NCBI GenBank assembly: GCA_918797485.1
Contig: CAKKNE010000003.1
Span: 2,914,001 to 2,978,000, forward strand
DNA: 64,000 bases
Origin: Pelagomonas calceolata
Taxonomy: Eukaryota
Direction of reading: 5' to 3'
The translations under genes were made by a program, and so were the position numbers. The first letter of the stretch is position 1; every line of letters begins with the position of its first letter. The notes beneath the pieces are model-generated. The model was not told the DNA's origin, made no database searches, and was given only the letters and a program-made list of their open reading frames with translations. Shown in pieces: positions 28,685 through 38,400 of this stretch.

Positions 28685-30898
28685 CTATCGCAGGTAGGGG
28701 TCGTGGCTGAAGACGTCGTCGGGGCCCTGGATAAGGTCGATGTTCTCCCAGAGGTCCCGCGCGTCGCCGAGCAGCTCGAAGGCCTCCACCGCCGCGGCGT
28801 AGCGCCGGTCGCCATTTTCAGCGAGCGTCCGCATCTTCCGCTGATATTTATCAAAGTTCGGCACGCGGGCCCTCAAGTCGGCCATGAAGACCTCCTCGAG
28901 CGTGTCGGCCTCGTGGGCGTGCCGTAAGAAGGTGAGCAACATCCCATCGGACTCCTTGGGCGTCATGCGCTTCGACGGACTTCCATAACTTTGGGTCTGG
29001 ATCGGCGCCGGGAAGTCGCGCGACCGGTTCAGGCTCGAGACCGTAGGGTCGCGCGACCGGGACCGGGGCTTCGGTCCCGGGCTCCCGTAGGCCGGACCGC
29101 CTCCCCTTGAAGGCATGGAGGGGCCCGGGCCGCCTCGACGAGATTTATGGACCGCAGCAGGCGTCACGGGAGCGGGTTGCGGCGGCGGTCTATACTTGAC
29201 GTTGGCCAGCTCCGCGAGCTTCTTGGCCACATCGGGCATGGCCAACGCCACGCGCTTCGAGGCTTCGTGTTGGAGTTTGATGGAGTCGCGCATCTGTTCC
29301 ACGTCGGGCTCGAGAGCCCGTAACTGAGCAATCGTATCCTCCAATTGTTGCTCTTTCAATCGAATATCATCCCGAATAGCATTAGCGCCCGCGTTGATCT
29401 CGTTCTCCTGATGCGCTCTCGCATATGCTCTCCAGCTGTTCCACCCTTTACTAAAATTCATGTTTTCGAACCGACTGATGAAGCCCCCGACCAGCTTCCG
29501 TTGATGTTTGTACAGCGCTACCCTAGAAAGCCACCGCTTGAAGCCGTACCAGGCCTTCATATTTAACAAGCGTGATACGACCCTGATTAACAGTCTCCGA
29601 CAACTCCCTTCCTCGGCCTCCATCAGCTCGCGCTGTAGTTTCGCGATGGCCTCCTGTTCCGACGCTTTTTGGGCCTCCATCTCGGCTTTGTACTTGGCCA
29701 TCTGGGCGCGCACGTGCGCGAGAGCTTCCTCGGGCGGCAGCTGCGTGAACCGATAAAACGTGACCCAGGCCTGAAACCCCGCGGCCATCTTTATATTGAG
29801 AGCACGCTTGAAGAAGCGGCCCCACCTCTTCTGATATTCTGCGTATTCGTCGGACTTCTTCTTCCACGTAGCAAAGTACGTCCTGCTATAATCACCCATG
29901 AGCTTGCCGAATACATTTAAGATCAATTTGTACGTCGAGGCGTTGGCGTTCTTCAGGGCGTTTGCCGAATAATTTGCCATAGACGTCTCATATTCTTTCT
30001 CCACCTTTTGATGGGCGGCCATGGCCTCGGCCAATTGCCGTTCTAGCTCTTTGATCGTTTGTTCCTGGATCAAGGCGCCCCCACCGAAGCCCGTCTGGTC
30101 CTTCCAGGTCACCATGGCCATCTTCAGGTTCCTTTGCATTAATGTGACCAGTACGCCCTTCATGATTTTTGAGCGGCTTCGGCCATGCAACAATTCTTCA
30201 ATTTCAGCGTCCAAGTGGGCCTGTTCTTGGTGGTTCAAATCCAAAATCTCGGTCAAATCCTCGACCCAGTCCTGGTGGGATTGCGCTACTGTTCGGTGTT
30301 GTATAAGATTCTGCTCCTCCGCCTGCAAAGCCTCGTGGCGCTTCTGCGTCAACGTACCAAGCTCAGCAAGACCGATAGAAGAAGCCTCCTGGTAGTTCTC
30401 GTCCCGGAAACCCTGGTTCGAATCCCAAGCCTCAACAAGGGAAGGGGCTTTTTTAGTTCTAGGAGGCTGGTGTTGTAAATCAGCCAATCTATGTAAAGCC
30501 GAGTCCTCATCTAATTGTTGGTTCGGGTCGGCGTACTGCGGCCTTCTTCGCGATGATCGATGCGTCGATGATGAAATAGATGGCCGCTCGAGACTCGGCT
30601 CCTGGAGGTCATTTAACGAACCGTCGCGATCCCTCGCTTCCCGTAGTCTCTCTCGAGCGGTGGATTTCGGCCTCGTTAAGTCAGCAGGGGGCGGCTGGCG
30701 CCACTTGCTCCTGACTGGACTGAGGTAGGAGTCGCCCTCGGTCACGTCGTCGTCCGACCTTCGAGAAACGGCGCTGCCTCGGGCCAGGTCGTCGCCGTGC
30801 GTCGGGCTGTGGTTTCTATCTCCTCTCATCTCGCCCGGCGTGCGCGGTCTTCTATTGGCCAGGGCGCGCGCCTCCAGCTGGGCCCGCCTTGACTCCAT
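28685..30898 (-). CDS. Coiled-coil protein with Sfi1-like Trp repeats (possible centrin-binding/basal-body protein)
   Basis: 737 aa; repeated MVTWK, FATWK, FQAWV, FKRWL, WNSWR. Confidence 0.7.
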   Translation of the reverse strand: MESRRAQLEARALANRRPRTPGEMRGDRNHSPTHGDDLARGSAVSRRSDDDVTEGDSYLSPVRSKWRQPPPADLTRPKSTARERLREARDRDGSLNDLQEPSLERPSISSSTHRSSRRRPQYADPNQQLDEDSALHRLADLQHQPPRTKKAPSLVEAWDSNQGFRDENYQEASSIGLAELGTLTQKRHEALQAEEQNLIQHRTVAQSHQDWVEDLTEILDLNHQEQAHLDAEIEELLHGRSRSKIMKGVLVTLMQRNLKMAMVTWKDQTGFGGGALIQEQTIKELERQLAEAMAAHQKVEKEYETSMANYSANALKNANASTYKLILNVFGKLMGDYSRTYFATWKKKSDEYAEYQKRWGRFFKRALNIKMAAGFQAWVTFYRFTQLPPEEALAHVRAQMAKYKAEMEAQKASEQEAIAKLQRELMEAEEGSCRRLLIRVVSRLLNMKAWYGFKRWLSRVALYKHQRKLVGGFISRFENMNFSKGWNSWRAYARAHQENEINAGANAIRDDIRLKEQQLEDTIAQLRALEPDVEQMRDSIKLQHEASKRVALAMPDVAKKLAELANVKYRPPPQPAPVTPAAVHKSRRGGPGPSMPSRGGGPAYGSPGPKPRSRSRDPTVSSLNRSRDFPAPIQTQSYGSPSKRMTPKESDGMLLTFLRHAHEADTLEEVFMADLRARVPNFDKYQRKMRTLAENGDRRYAAAVEAFELLGDARDLWENIDLIQGPDDVFSHDPYLR

Positions 30899-31386
30899 CT
30901 AGCTGTTCCTCTGCTGTGCTTCGCGGGACGGGCTGCCCGGCTGCGGCGCGTGGTGTGGTGATGCTACGATACCACCACGGCAGCCGTCGGTCTCCGGGCG
31001 CCTCGGTCGCGGCGCTAAAAACAGCCTGCCCTCTTGCAACAACGCCGGCTAATGACCCCCTACCCCAGTCCGGGTCGGCCCAACTCGAACGAAGCGTCAC
31101 GGGGTTTTCGTGGGAACGCTAGCCGTCGCCGCGGAGCCTTCGGAGGGGTCGTGAAAACCCGTGTCTCGTCGAGCAGTGCGGCGCTTGTGAGTCGGTGCGA
31201 CCTACGCGCGCACCTGTAGCGCGTCCCCGGGCGCGCCTGAACGCTGCTACCCATTGCTGCTGCGAGGCACAGCGAAAGAGCGCGTTTCCGTAACCCACGG
31301 ACCCGCCCACACAGAGCAGCACAGAGCCAGAGCTTGCCCTTCTCGCGCGGCGCGAGACGCCGCGAGACGCCGCGATTCACGCCGAG

Positions 31387-33150
31387 ATGGCACCCGCCAG
31401 CACCGACGCGGCCCCGCGCGGCCGCCCGCTCACGTTGATACGATGCGGCGACGCGACGGACGATTACGCGTTCGTGCTCGACGAGGCGTGTTTGGACGAG
31501 GTGCTGAAGAAGGTACCGTCAGGGAGGAAGGTCGCCGTCGTCTCGGTGGTCGGCGCGTTCCGGACGGGCAAGTCCTTCCTACTCACGCTCGTACTAAGAT
31601 ATCTCCGGGAGAAGGGCGGCCGAGACTGGCTTGAGAAAGGTGGTACCTTGTCAGAAGGCAACGCGAACGAAGGCGTGAATTCCCAGAAGGACGCGTTCGA
31701 GTGGCGCGGAGGGAGGAACCGCATGACGACGGGCATCACTGTTTGGTCGGAGCCCTTCGAGGTCACCAGCAACAAGGGTGAATTGTTATCGGTGATCATC
31801 CTGGACACCCAAGGTTTATTTGATAACGAGACGCCGATGGGCCTCACGTCGTGCATCTTCGGCTTATCTACACTCATGTCCTCATTTCAAGTGTACAACG
31901 TGGCCAATCGCATCCAGGAGGACAACCTGCAGCAGCTAGCTTTGTTCACGGAGTACGGGCGCATGGCTCTGGATGCGCAGCGCCAAGCTAGAAAAGAAGC
32001 TTCGTCCATTAAGAAGGACCACGCCCTGCAGAGGAATGAGGAGCGTAGACAGGAATTGAGAGAAAAGGTCAAGGCAGCCCGCGCGTGTGACGGTTCATTG
32101 GACAAGGTCAAACAACTCGAGGCGGAATTAGCCAAGGAGAGCGTCGTCGAAGACGACGCCTTCGAGGAGCCGCCGCCGCCCTTTCAGCGGCTGGAGTTTC
32201 TCGTCAGGGACTGGACGGAGTTCGAGGACTCACTAAGTGACACAGACATGGAGCAACAGATGAAGACCTATTTAGATGAGGTCATGGCTGCTAGGCACGC
32301 GAACGACCTCCAGTTCACGAGAGAACAGATCACGCAGTGCTTCGTGAGTATTGGGTGCCGGTTGCTGCCGCATCCCGGCTTTGCTGTTACTTCGAAAAAA
32401 TACGATGGTTCTACGGCTGCGATAGAACCGTTGTTCAAAAGATGCGTGGACCGGTTCATGCGAAGCGTTTTTTCGGATTTGGAGCCGAAATCCATCAACG
32501 GTTCTGAGTTAACAGCATTGGAATTGGGCAACTACGTCCGAGCGTATGCGGCCATGTTCTCGGGCGGCGCTAATAGGTTCCCGCAAGCGCGGACCATGCT
32601 CGAGGCCACGGCCGAGGCGAACAATAGGAACGCTAGAGCGAAGGCTCTGGAAGCGTATTGCGCCGATTTAGATTCGAAGTGCGGCGCGGGGCCCGGTGTG
32701 TCGTATTTAGAACCTAGGGAGTTCCGCACGGTCGAGAAGCGCGCTCGTTCCGATGCGTTGTGTGCCTTTGATGCGATGGCCACCATGGGCCGGAAGGCGT
32801 CGATCCTCGAGACGCGGGCGTCTTTAGACTTGGAACTAAGCAAAGCGAGGGACCGGTTCCGCCTCATGAACGACGCGCGGAATCCCTTCCGCAACGTCGA
32901 GTTCTACGTCCTGCCGATGCTTGTGGCAGCAGGGTCGTTCGTGGCCAGGCGGGTCACGGACTTCCTCTGCCCGAACGACGAAACTTTATTGGCGCGGACC
33001 TGCGATAGGGCCGAGGACGCCTTCGACCACTTGTATGGCGGCGTCGTCTTCTTGATGCTGCTCTTCGCGGCGCAGCGGCTCGTGGCGATGAAGAAGTACC
33101 TCAAGGTCGTCGGCGCGGGGCTACTTGATGGCGGGGTGAAGCGCGACTAA
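31387..33150 (+). CDS. ATL: Atlastin (GB1/RHD3-type GTPase)
   Basis: VSVVGAFRTGKSFLL, FEWRGG..RMTTGI, LDTQGLFD, LEFLVRDW, LLPHPG, two C-terminal TM segments. Confidence 0.92.
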   Translation: MAPASTDAAPRGRPLTLIRCGDATDDYAFVLDEACLDEVLKKVPSGRKVAVVSVVGAFRTGKSFLLTLVLRYLREKGGRDWLEKGGTLSEGNANEGVNSQKDAFEWRGGRNRMTTGITVWSEPFEVTSNKGELLSVIILDTQGLFDNETPMGLTSCIFGLSTLMSSFQVYNVANRIQEDNLQQLALFTEYGRMALDAQRQARKEASSIKKDHALQRNEERRQELREKVKAARACDGSLDKVKQLEAELAKESVVEDDAFEEPPPPFQRLEFLVRDWTEFEDSLSDTDMEQQMKTYLDEVMAARHANDLQFTREQITQCFVSIGCRLLPHPGFAVTSKKYDGSTAAIEPLFKRCVDRFMRSVFSDLEPKSINGSELTALELGNYVRAYAAMFSGGANRFPQARTMLEATAEANNRNARAKALEAYCADLDSKCGAGPGVSYLEPREFRTVEKRARSDALCAFDAMATMGRKASILETRASLDLELSKARDRFRLMNDARNPFRNVEFYVLPMLVAAGSFVARRVTDFLCPNDETLLARTCDRAEDAFDHLYGGVVFLMLLFAAQRLVAMKKYLKVVGAGLLDGGVKRD

Positions 33151-33653
33151 TCTTCTTGTGTGGCACTTTGTCCTTTTGGCGGTGCATGGCCTAGGTTACC
33201 GAAGCGTCGTCGCGTACGACGGCCGCGTGTCCGAGGCGACGCTCAACCAGCGGACGCTGGCGGCGCTCTTCCAGTGGTCGCCCGTCCCCGCCACGGTCTC
33301 CGACATGGCGACGCTGGACCTCGTCGTGACCTATGGCGCGTCGGTCGTGGAGACTGCTATTCCGGCCTAGAGCGGCTGTGTAAGCTTGTGTATGCTGAAG
33401 CCTGAAGACGCCGCCACCACCATCACCGTAACTAAGGAAACTTGACCGCGATTTAGTACATTCCTAAGCGCAGTTGTCCGTCCGAATTGTCTCGGAGCCT
33501 GCTTGCTACTAGGCATCCCTAGTGTCTTACAGGACGCTAGCTGCGATAGCACGGCTGAAACGCTCGCACGCCCCCGTACTGGCTCCTGAGGGCCGTTTTC
33601 GACGGGACGGCTCGCTCTAAGCTGCTGCACCATCTGTGCACCCTCTAAACTCT

Positions 33654-34859
33654 ATGAGAGCAGCCATGCTGCGCACCCTCCTGCAGCGGTCCACACGTGT
33701 ACGACAGCTCGCCACCGACGCGAGAGTCGCGGTCGTGGGTGGCGGCCTGAGCGGGTCGCTGTGCGCGCTGTCGCTCGCGGCGCGCGGCGTGCCGTGCTGC
33801 GTCTACGACCAGGGTGCGTCCGGGGGGCGCTTCGGCGGCAGCGCGCAGCGCGAGCGGCCCGAGCTCGGCACGCAGTTCTTCCGCGCGAGCAGCGACCGGT
33901 TCCGGTCGCTGCTCGGCGAGCTGGAAAAGCGAAACTTGGTGGGTCGGTGGCGCGTGGCCCCGGAGCGCTTCGGCCTGCTCGGGAGCCACGGCGGCGGCTT
34001 TTTGCCGAGAGAGGCCGTGCCGCGCGGTACCATGCCCGCTCTCGCGACGATGCGGGACGGAGGCGACTTCTGCGGCTTCATCGAGGGCGACGGCGACCTC
34101 TGGAGCGCCCCGGACAACGCTGTTGTTTGTGAGGCGATCCGGGAGATGGGCGGGGTAGAACTCAAGCCGAGTGGGAGGGTCGAGGCCATTGAGCGCGTCG
34201 AAGACGGCTGGCGCGTCGAGGGGAAGGAGTTCGAAGCTGTTGTGGTCGCGAGCCACGGCCCCTCGCTCGCGGCGACGGCCGTGGCCGCGGCGGCGGCCGA
34301 GACGGCGGACCCGGCGGTCGTCGCGCGGCTCACGGGGCTCGTTGAGGCGATCGCTCGCGTGCGCGAGAGCCGCTGCGCCGTCGTGAGTGCCGTGGTCGAG
34401 GTCGAGGGGGGCGAGGCCATCCCCTTCGACGCCGTGACGACGCCGTCGTCGAGCGTCCTCCAGTTCCTCGCCAGGGAGGCCTCGAAGCCGGGCCGCGCGG
34501 ACGCCGGGAACGCGTGGACCGTCGTGTCGACCTCGTCGTTCGCCGACAAGCGGCCGGGCAACGACGCCGTCGCGTCGCTGGGCCTCCTCCTCGCCGACGA
34601 GGCGCTGCGGCTCCTCTGCCCGCACGGTGCGAAGCTGACGAGCGCCGTCGGGGCCAAAATGTGGCGCGCGGCCTTCTCCGCGGAGACGCTGGAGGGCTGG
34701 TCGCGCGGCGCCGAGCACGCGGTGGTTCTCGAGCCCTACCGGCTGGCCATCTGCGGCGACTTCGTCCGCGCGGCGGCGTGCCCCGTCGAGGCCGCGGCGC
34801 TGTCGGGGCTCGAGGCGGGGGACCGCGTGGCGGCGGTGCTCCTTGGTGGGGCGAACTAG
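33654..34859 (+). CDS. Renalase-like FAD-dependent oxidoreductase
   Basis: VAVVGGGLSG, ELGTQFF, LAICGDF..VEAAALSG. Confidence 0.82.
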   Translation: MRAAMLRTLLQRSTRVRQLATDARVAVVGGGLSGSLCALSLAARGVPCCVYDQGASGGRFGGSAQRERPELGTQFFRASSDRFRSLLGELEKRNLVGRWRVAPERFGLLGSHGGGFLPREAVPRGTMPALATMRDGGDFCGFIEGDGDLWSAPDNAVVCEAIREMGGVELKPSGRVEAIERVEDGWRVEGKEFEAVVVASHGPSLAATAVAAAAAETADPAVVARLTGLVEAIARVRESRCAVVSAVVEVEGGEAIPFDAVTTPSSSVLQFLAREASKPGRADAGNAWTVVSTSSFADKRPGNDAVASLGLLLADEALRLLCPHGAKLTSAVGAKMWRAAFSAETLEGWSRGAEHAVVLEPYRLAICGDFVRAAACPVEAAALSGLEAGDRVAAVLLGGAN

Positions 34860-34893
34860 TTAACTCTGTTGTGGTAGATTTGGTTTGGTCTCC

Positions 34894-35103
34894 TTACGCA
34901 CTCCTCGGCGGCGGCGGCGTCTCGTGGGCGCGGAGCGCGGCTTGCGCGTATCGCAATTGGTCCTCAATCTCCGCTGTGAGCGGATGCGCGCCACCAAGCA
35001 CGCGCCGCGCGATCCGTTCAGCGTCCTCGAGCGTCGTCACGGCCTCGCGCAGATCGTCGAGGGTGGCGGCAGGGTCCATGCAGAGCGAATGCGCGTAATT
35101 CCA
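34894..35103 (-). pseudogene. 5'-truncated relic of a pelagophyte-expanded helical-repeat gene family (C-terminal module)
   Basis: WNYAHSLCMDPAATLDDLREAVTTLEDAERIARRVLGGAHPLT..LRYAQAALRAHETP*; no room for the usual upstream domains. Family recognised from memory. Confidence 0.6.
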
Positions 35104-35165
35104 TTGTCGACCGGCTCTACGCGCGGGATTTCGAGTTGCTCGGTTACCAAAAAGTCAACGCGAGA

Positions 35166-35381
35166 ATGATGCGGCTCTGCGCTCAGCGCGCGGCGCGGCA
35201 GGCAGCACTTGCGTCGCAGCAACGCCTCCCGGTCGTCCGGCGCAAGCCAAAGAAGTATCGCGGGCCGACGCGGACACCGCCCGCCTCGCAACGGAACAAC
35301 GCACCACAGGAGGAGGAATTCGGTCGGCACATGAAGAAGTGGCTCGAAGGGGAGCAAGTCCCGCTCATGCCCACCGAGTGA
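35166..35381 (+). CDS. Small hypothetical protein, possible mitochondrial presequence
   Basis: 71-aa ORF with an Arg/Ala-rich N-terminus (MMRLCAQRAARQAALAS) and coding-like codons. Confidence 0.45.
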   Translation: MMRLCAQRAARQAALASQQRLPVVRRKPKKYRGPTRTPPASQRNNAPQEEEFGRHMKKWLEGEQVPLMPTE

Positions 35382-35402
35382 CTAACAACAACTTAACAAC
35401 TA

Positions 35403-38400
35403 TCATGCGCCCCATTCCTCAGTCAGATCCAGGTCGTCTTCCTCCTCGGCGGGCTCGGGCGCAGCGTCTTCGCCCCCCCACGTCTCGTCCAGCTCCAGGT
35501 CTGACTCGGGCTCTGCTTCGCCCGAGGGACCGTCCTCGCCCGGAGCGCCGCCCCACGTCTCGTCCAGCTCCAGGTCTGACTCGGGCTCCGCTTCGCCCGC
35601 GGGACCGTCCTCGCCCGGAGCGCCGCCCCACGTCTCGTCCAGCTCCAGCTCGTCCTCCTCCTCGGCAGGCTCGGTGGTCGCCGCTTCCTCGCCCACCGAC
35701 TCGGCTGGCTCAGGCGCCACGTCCTCGCCCAGGTACCCGCCGAGCGCCGCGACCGCCTCCTTCCGGAGCGTCGGGTCCAGCGACGCGTCCTCGAGCGCCA
35801 GCCGACAGAGGTCGAACCCGCCCCGCAGCACGGCCGGCGCTTTCACAGAAGCGCACCGCGCCGCCGCGAGGAAGTCCGCGTGGCACCGCCGCGCGCGGCC
35901 GCACACCAGCAGCTGGGCGACGGCGACGGGCGACGCGCGCGCGACGCAACACGCGCGCGCCCACGCCGCGTCGGCCTCGAGCGCCGCCAGCAGGGCGCCG
36001 CTTTCGACGAGCGCGTCACCGACGTCGAGCTTCAGGGCGGCGGCGTCACGCGCGGCGCGCAGGCGCAGCGCCGGGTGCGCCGCGCGGAGGCCCACCAGGG
36101 GCCGCGTCGCCTCGCCCAACCCATCGTAGAACGCCGCCTCGGCTTCTTCCGACGGCGTACAATGCGGCGGCGGCCCGTGCACGACGAGCTCCCTCAAAAA
36201 TTCGTCGTCCGCCGCGTCCAGCGCCGCGAGCCACGTCGGCCCGCCCGGCTCCGCCTCGCCGCCGCCGTCTCCTCTCAACGTAGCGAGGCACAAATTTCTG
36301 GAGCTGCCTCCCGGGAACACCAGCGCGCAAAGCTCGCGCACGGCCAGGGCGTCCCGCGCCTTCACGAAATCGCGCACCAGGTCGTGCGGCGCGAAGCCCC
36401 GCTCCAGGGATGCTGCTCGGTCCGCGCCGAGGACGCGCGCCACGACCTCGGCGACCTCCATGAATGAGTCGGTCTCTTGCCCACCACTAAGTTTCGTGAG
36501 GGCGCCGATGGCCCGCAAACGGTCGGGCGTGGCCTCGGGCGGCGGCCGCTGCATTTTGATCGAGGCGCCGCAGAGCCCGCGCCAGTAGCCCTCGACGCCC
36601 TTGAGCTTCGAGGCGAGGAGTACAGCGCTGTGGTTATGGGAAGAAGCGTTCTCGACGAGGCGGGCCGCGATCGCGATGCCGCGGTCCACGTCCTCTGATG
36701 ACGGCGCCTCGGTCCCGTTGAAGAGCGGTTCAATCACCAACGTCTGGCAGGCCGTGCCGAACGCGACGGCACAGGCGTCGTCGGCCGCGTCGTTCGCGGC
36801 CTCCGACGCGTCCAGCCCGGCGACGTCCGTGACCAGCAAAAACGCGCTCCGCACGACCGAGGCCGAAGCGCCCTGCCCCGCGAGGCACTGCGCCAGCTCG
36901 ATCGCGGCGTCGACGACCGTCTCGTCTCTCTGATAAGCTAGTTTCGCCGCATTTAACGCTTCTCGATCGCACGAAAACGGGATCGCCGCCTCGACGGCCT
37001 CGAGGCCCCTCTGGAGCGTGGTCAACGATGCCGCGAGGGCGTCGCACTGGACGGCCGTGACGACCATCTGTAAGTGTTGCGTCGAGGGCCCGCCTACACT
37101 TTCAAAGACGCAGCTCCCGAGTTCTTTTGAGGCGACCTCGGGAGACGCCTTGGCGCAGCGTTGTAAGAGGGGAGAGACGCGCTGCACCGCGTGCTTCTTC
37201 GCCATATCGTCGGCCGCGATGGCGTCGAAGAGCTCGCGCCGCGCCGCGGCCGCGTAGACTTCTGCTGGTCCAAGGTTGAGCGAAGCGTCGAAGCCTTTCG
37301 TCGAAAACGTCGCGAGCGCCGCCGCGGTCCTATAATTCGCGACGCGCCGCAACAGAAACACGGCCCGGTCCCGCTTGATGTCTTCATTAGAAGCGACGCG
37401 CGCGCCGGGCGCCGGCGGGTTGCGGGGCGGGTCGTCGGCCTCCTCTAAGACAGAAGGTCGACTCGCGACGATTTCACCTATGAGAGGTTTGCAGGCGACG
37501 CTTGTGTTGAGAGGTCGGATACATTTTGCGTACCGCTTCAGGATGGGCGCCTGCGTTCTACATTGGTCCGCGAACGCGCCCTCACAATGCTCGCTCGCGA
37601 GGCCGCAGACCAGCGCCAGCGCCGGCGCGTCCGTCTCGTCCTTATATCTTTCCATTAACCAAGCTTCGAGCGTCGAATGCTCCTTCAGCACCTTCAAAGC
37701 TTCGTTCACGGAACTTTCTTCATCGTACAGCAGCTGCGTGAGCTTGTCCACCTCGCCACTGGGAGATCGCAGCTCCTTGTCGTCGAACCAGCGCGTCAGG
37801 TGCGCCGTCGCGAGTCCTAATGGTGAGCTCGCCTCCCTTAATTTATCAGTCCCGCCCGTGATCGGCCGCCGCGCCGCCGCCCGCAGCGCCGCCCGAAACG
37901 CTGCGCCGTTCGCCGACTTCGCCGCCTTGACCAGGGCTTCGCCTCTATAAACATCCTCGCGCTCGAACCGTGTCAGATCAACATTTAACGCGCTGTGTTC
38001 TTCGGCCCGTCTAGCTTCCGCTTCATCGGTCACGTCCTCGACAACAGGTTCGTCAGGTTTGAGGTGCGCGAGCGCGCCGCTCAACGCCGGTTCCGGCTCC
38101 GGCGCGAGCACGCGCGCGAGCGCGCCCCGGATCGACTTCGGCGGCGACGCAGGCTTTGGTGGAGGCGGCGGCTTGGCGGGCGTCGCGGGCGCGAGCGCCC
38201 GCTGCAGCGCCAATGCTTCCTCGGCGTCCTTCTGCCGCTCCGCAAGCATTCTTCGGGAGGCGGCGCAGAGCTCCTTAAGCTTAACGTCCCGGTCCGCGCA
38301 CGTCGCCAGGTAGAACGCCGCCGCGCGCCGCGCGCACGACGCGTCTCCCGTCACATCAGCTTCCGGAGGCGTCTCCTTCCCCGCCTGCTCCAGGCAAAAG

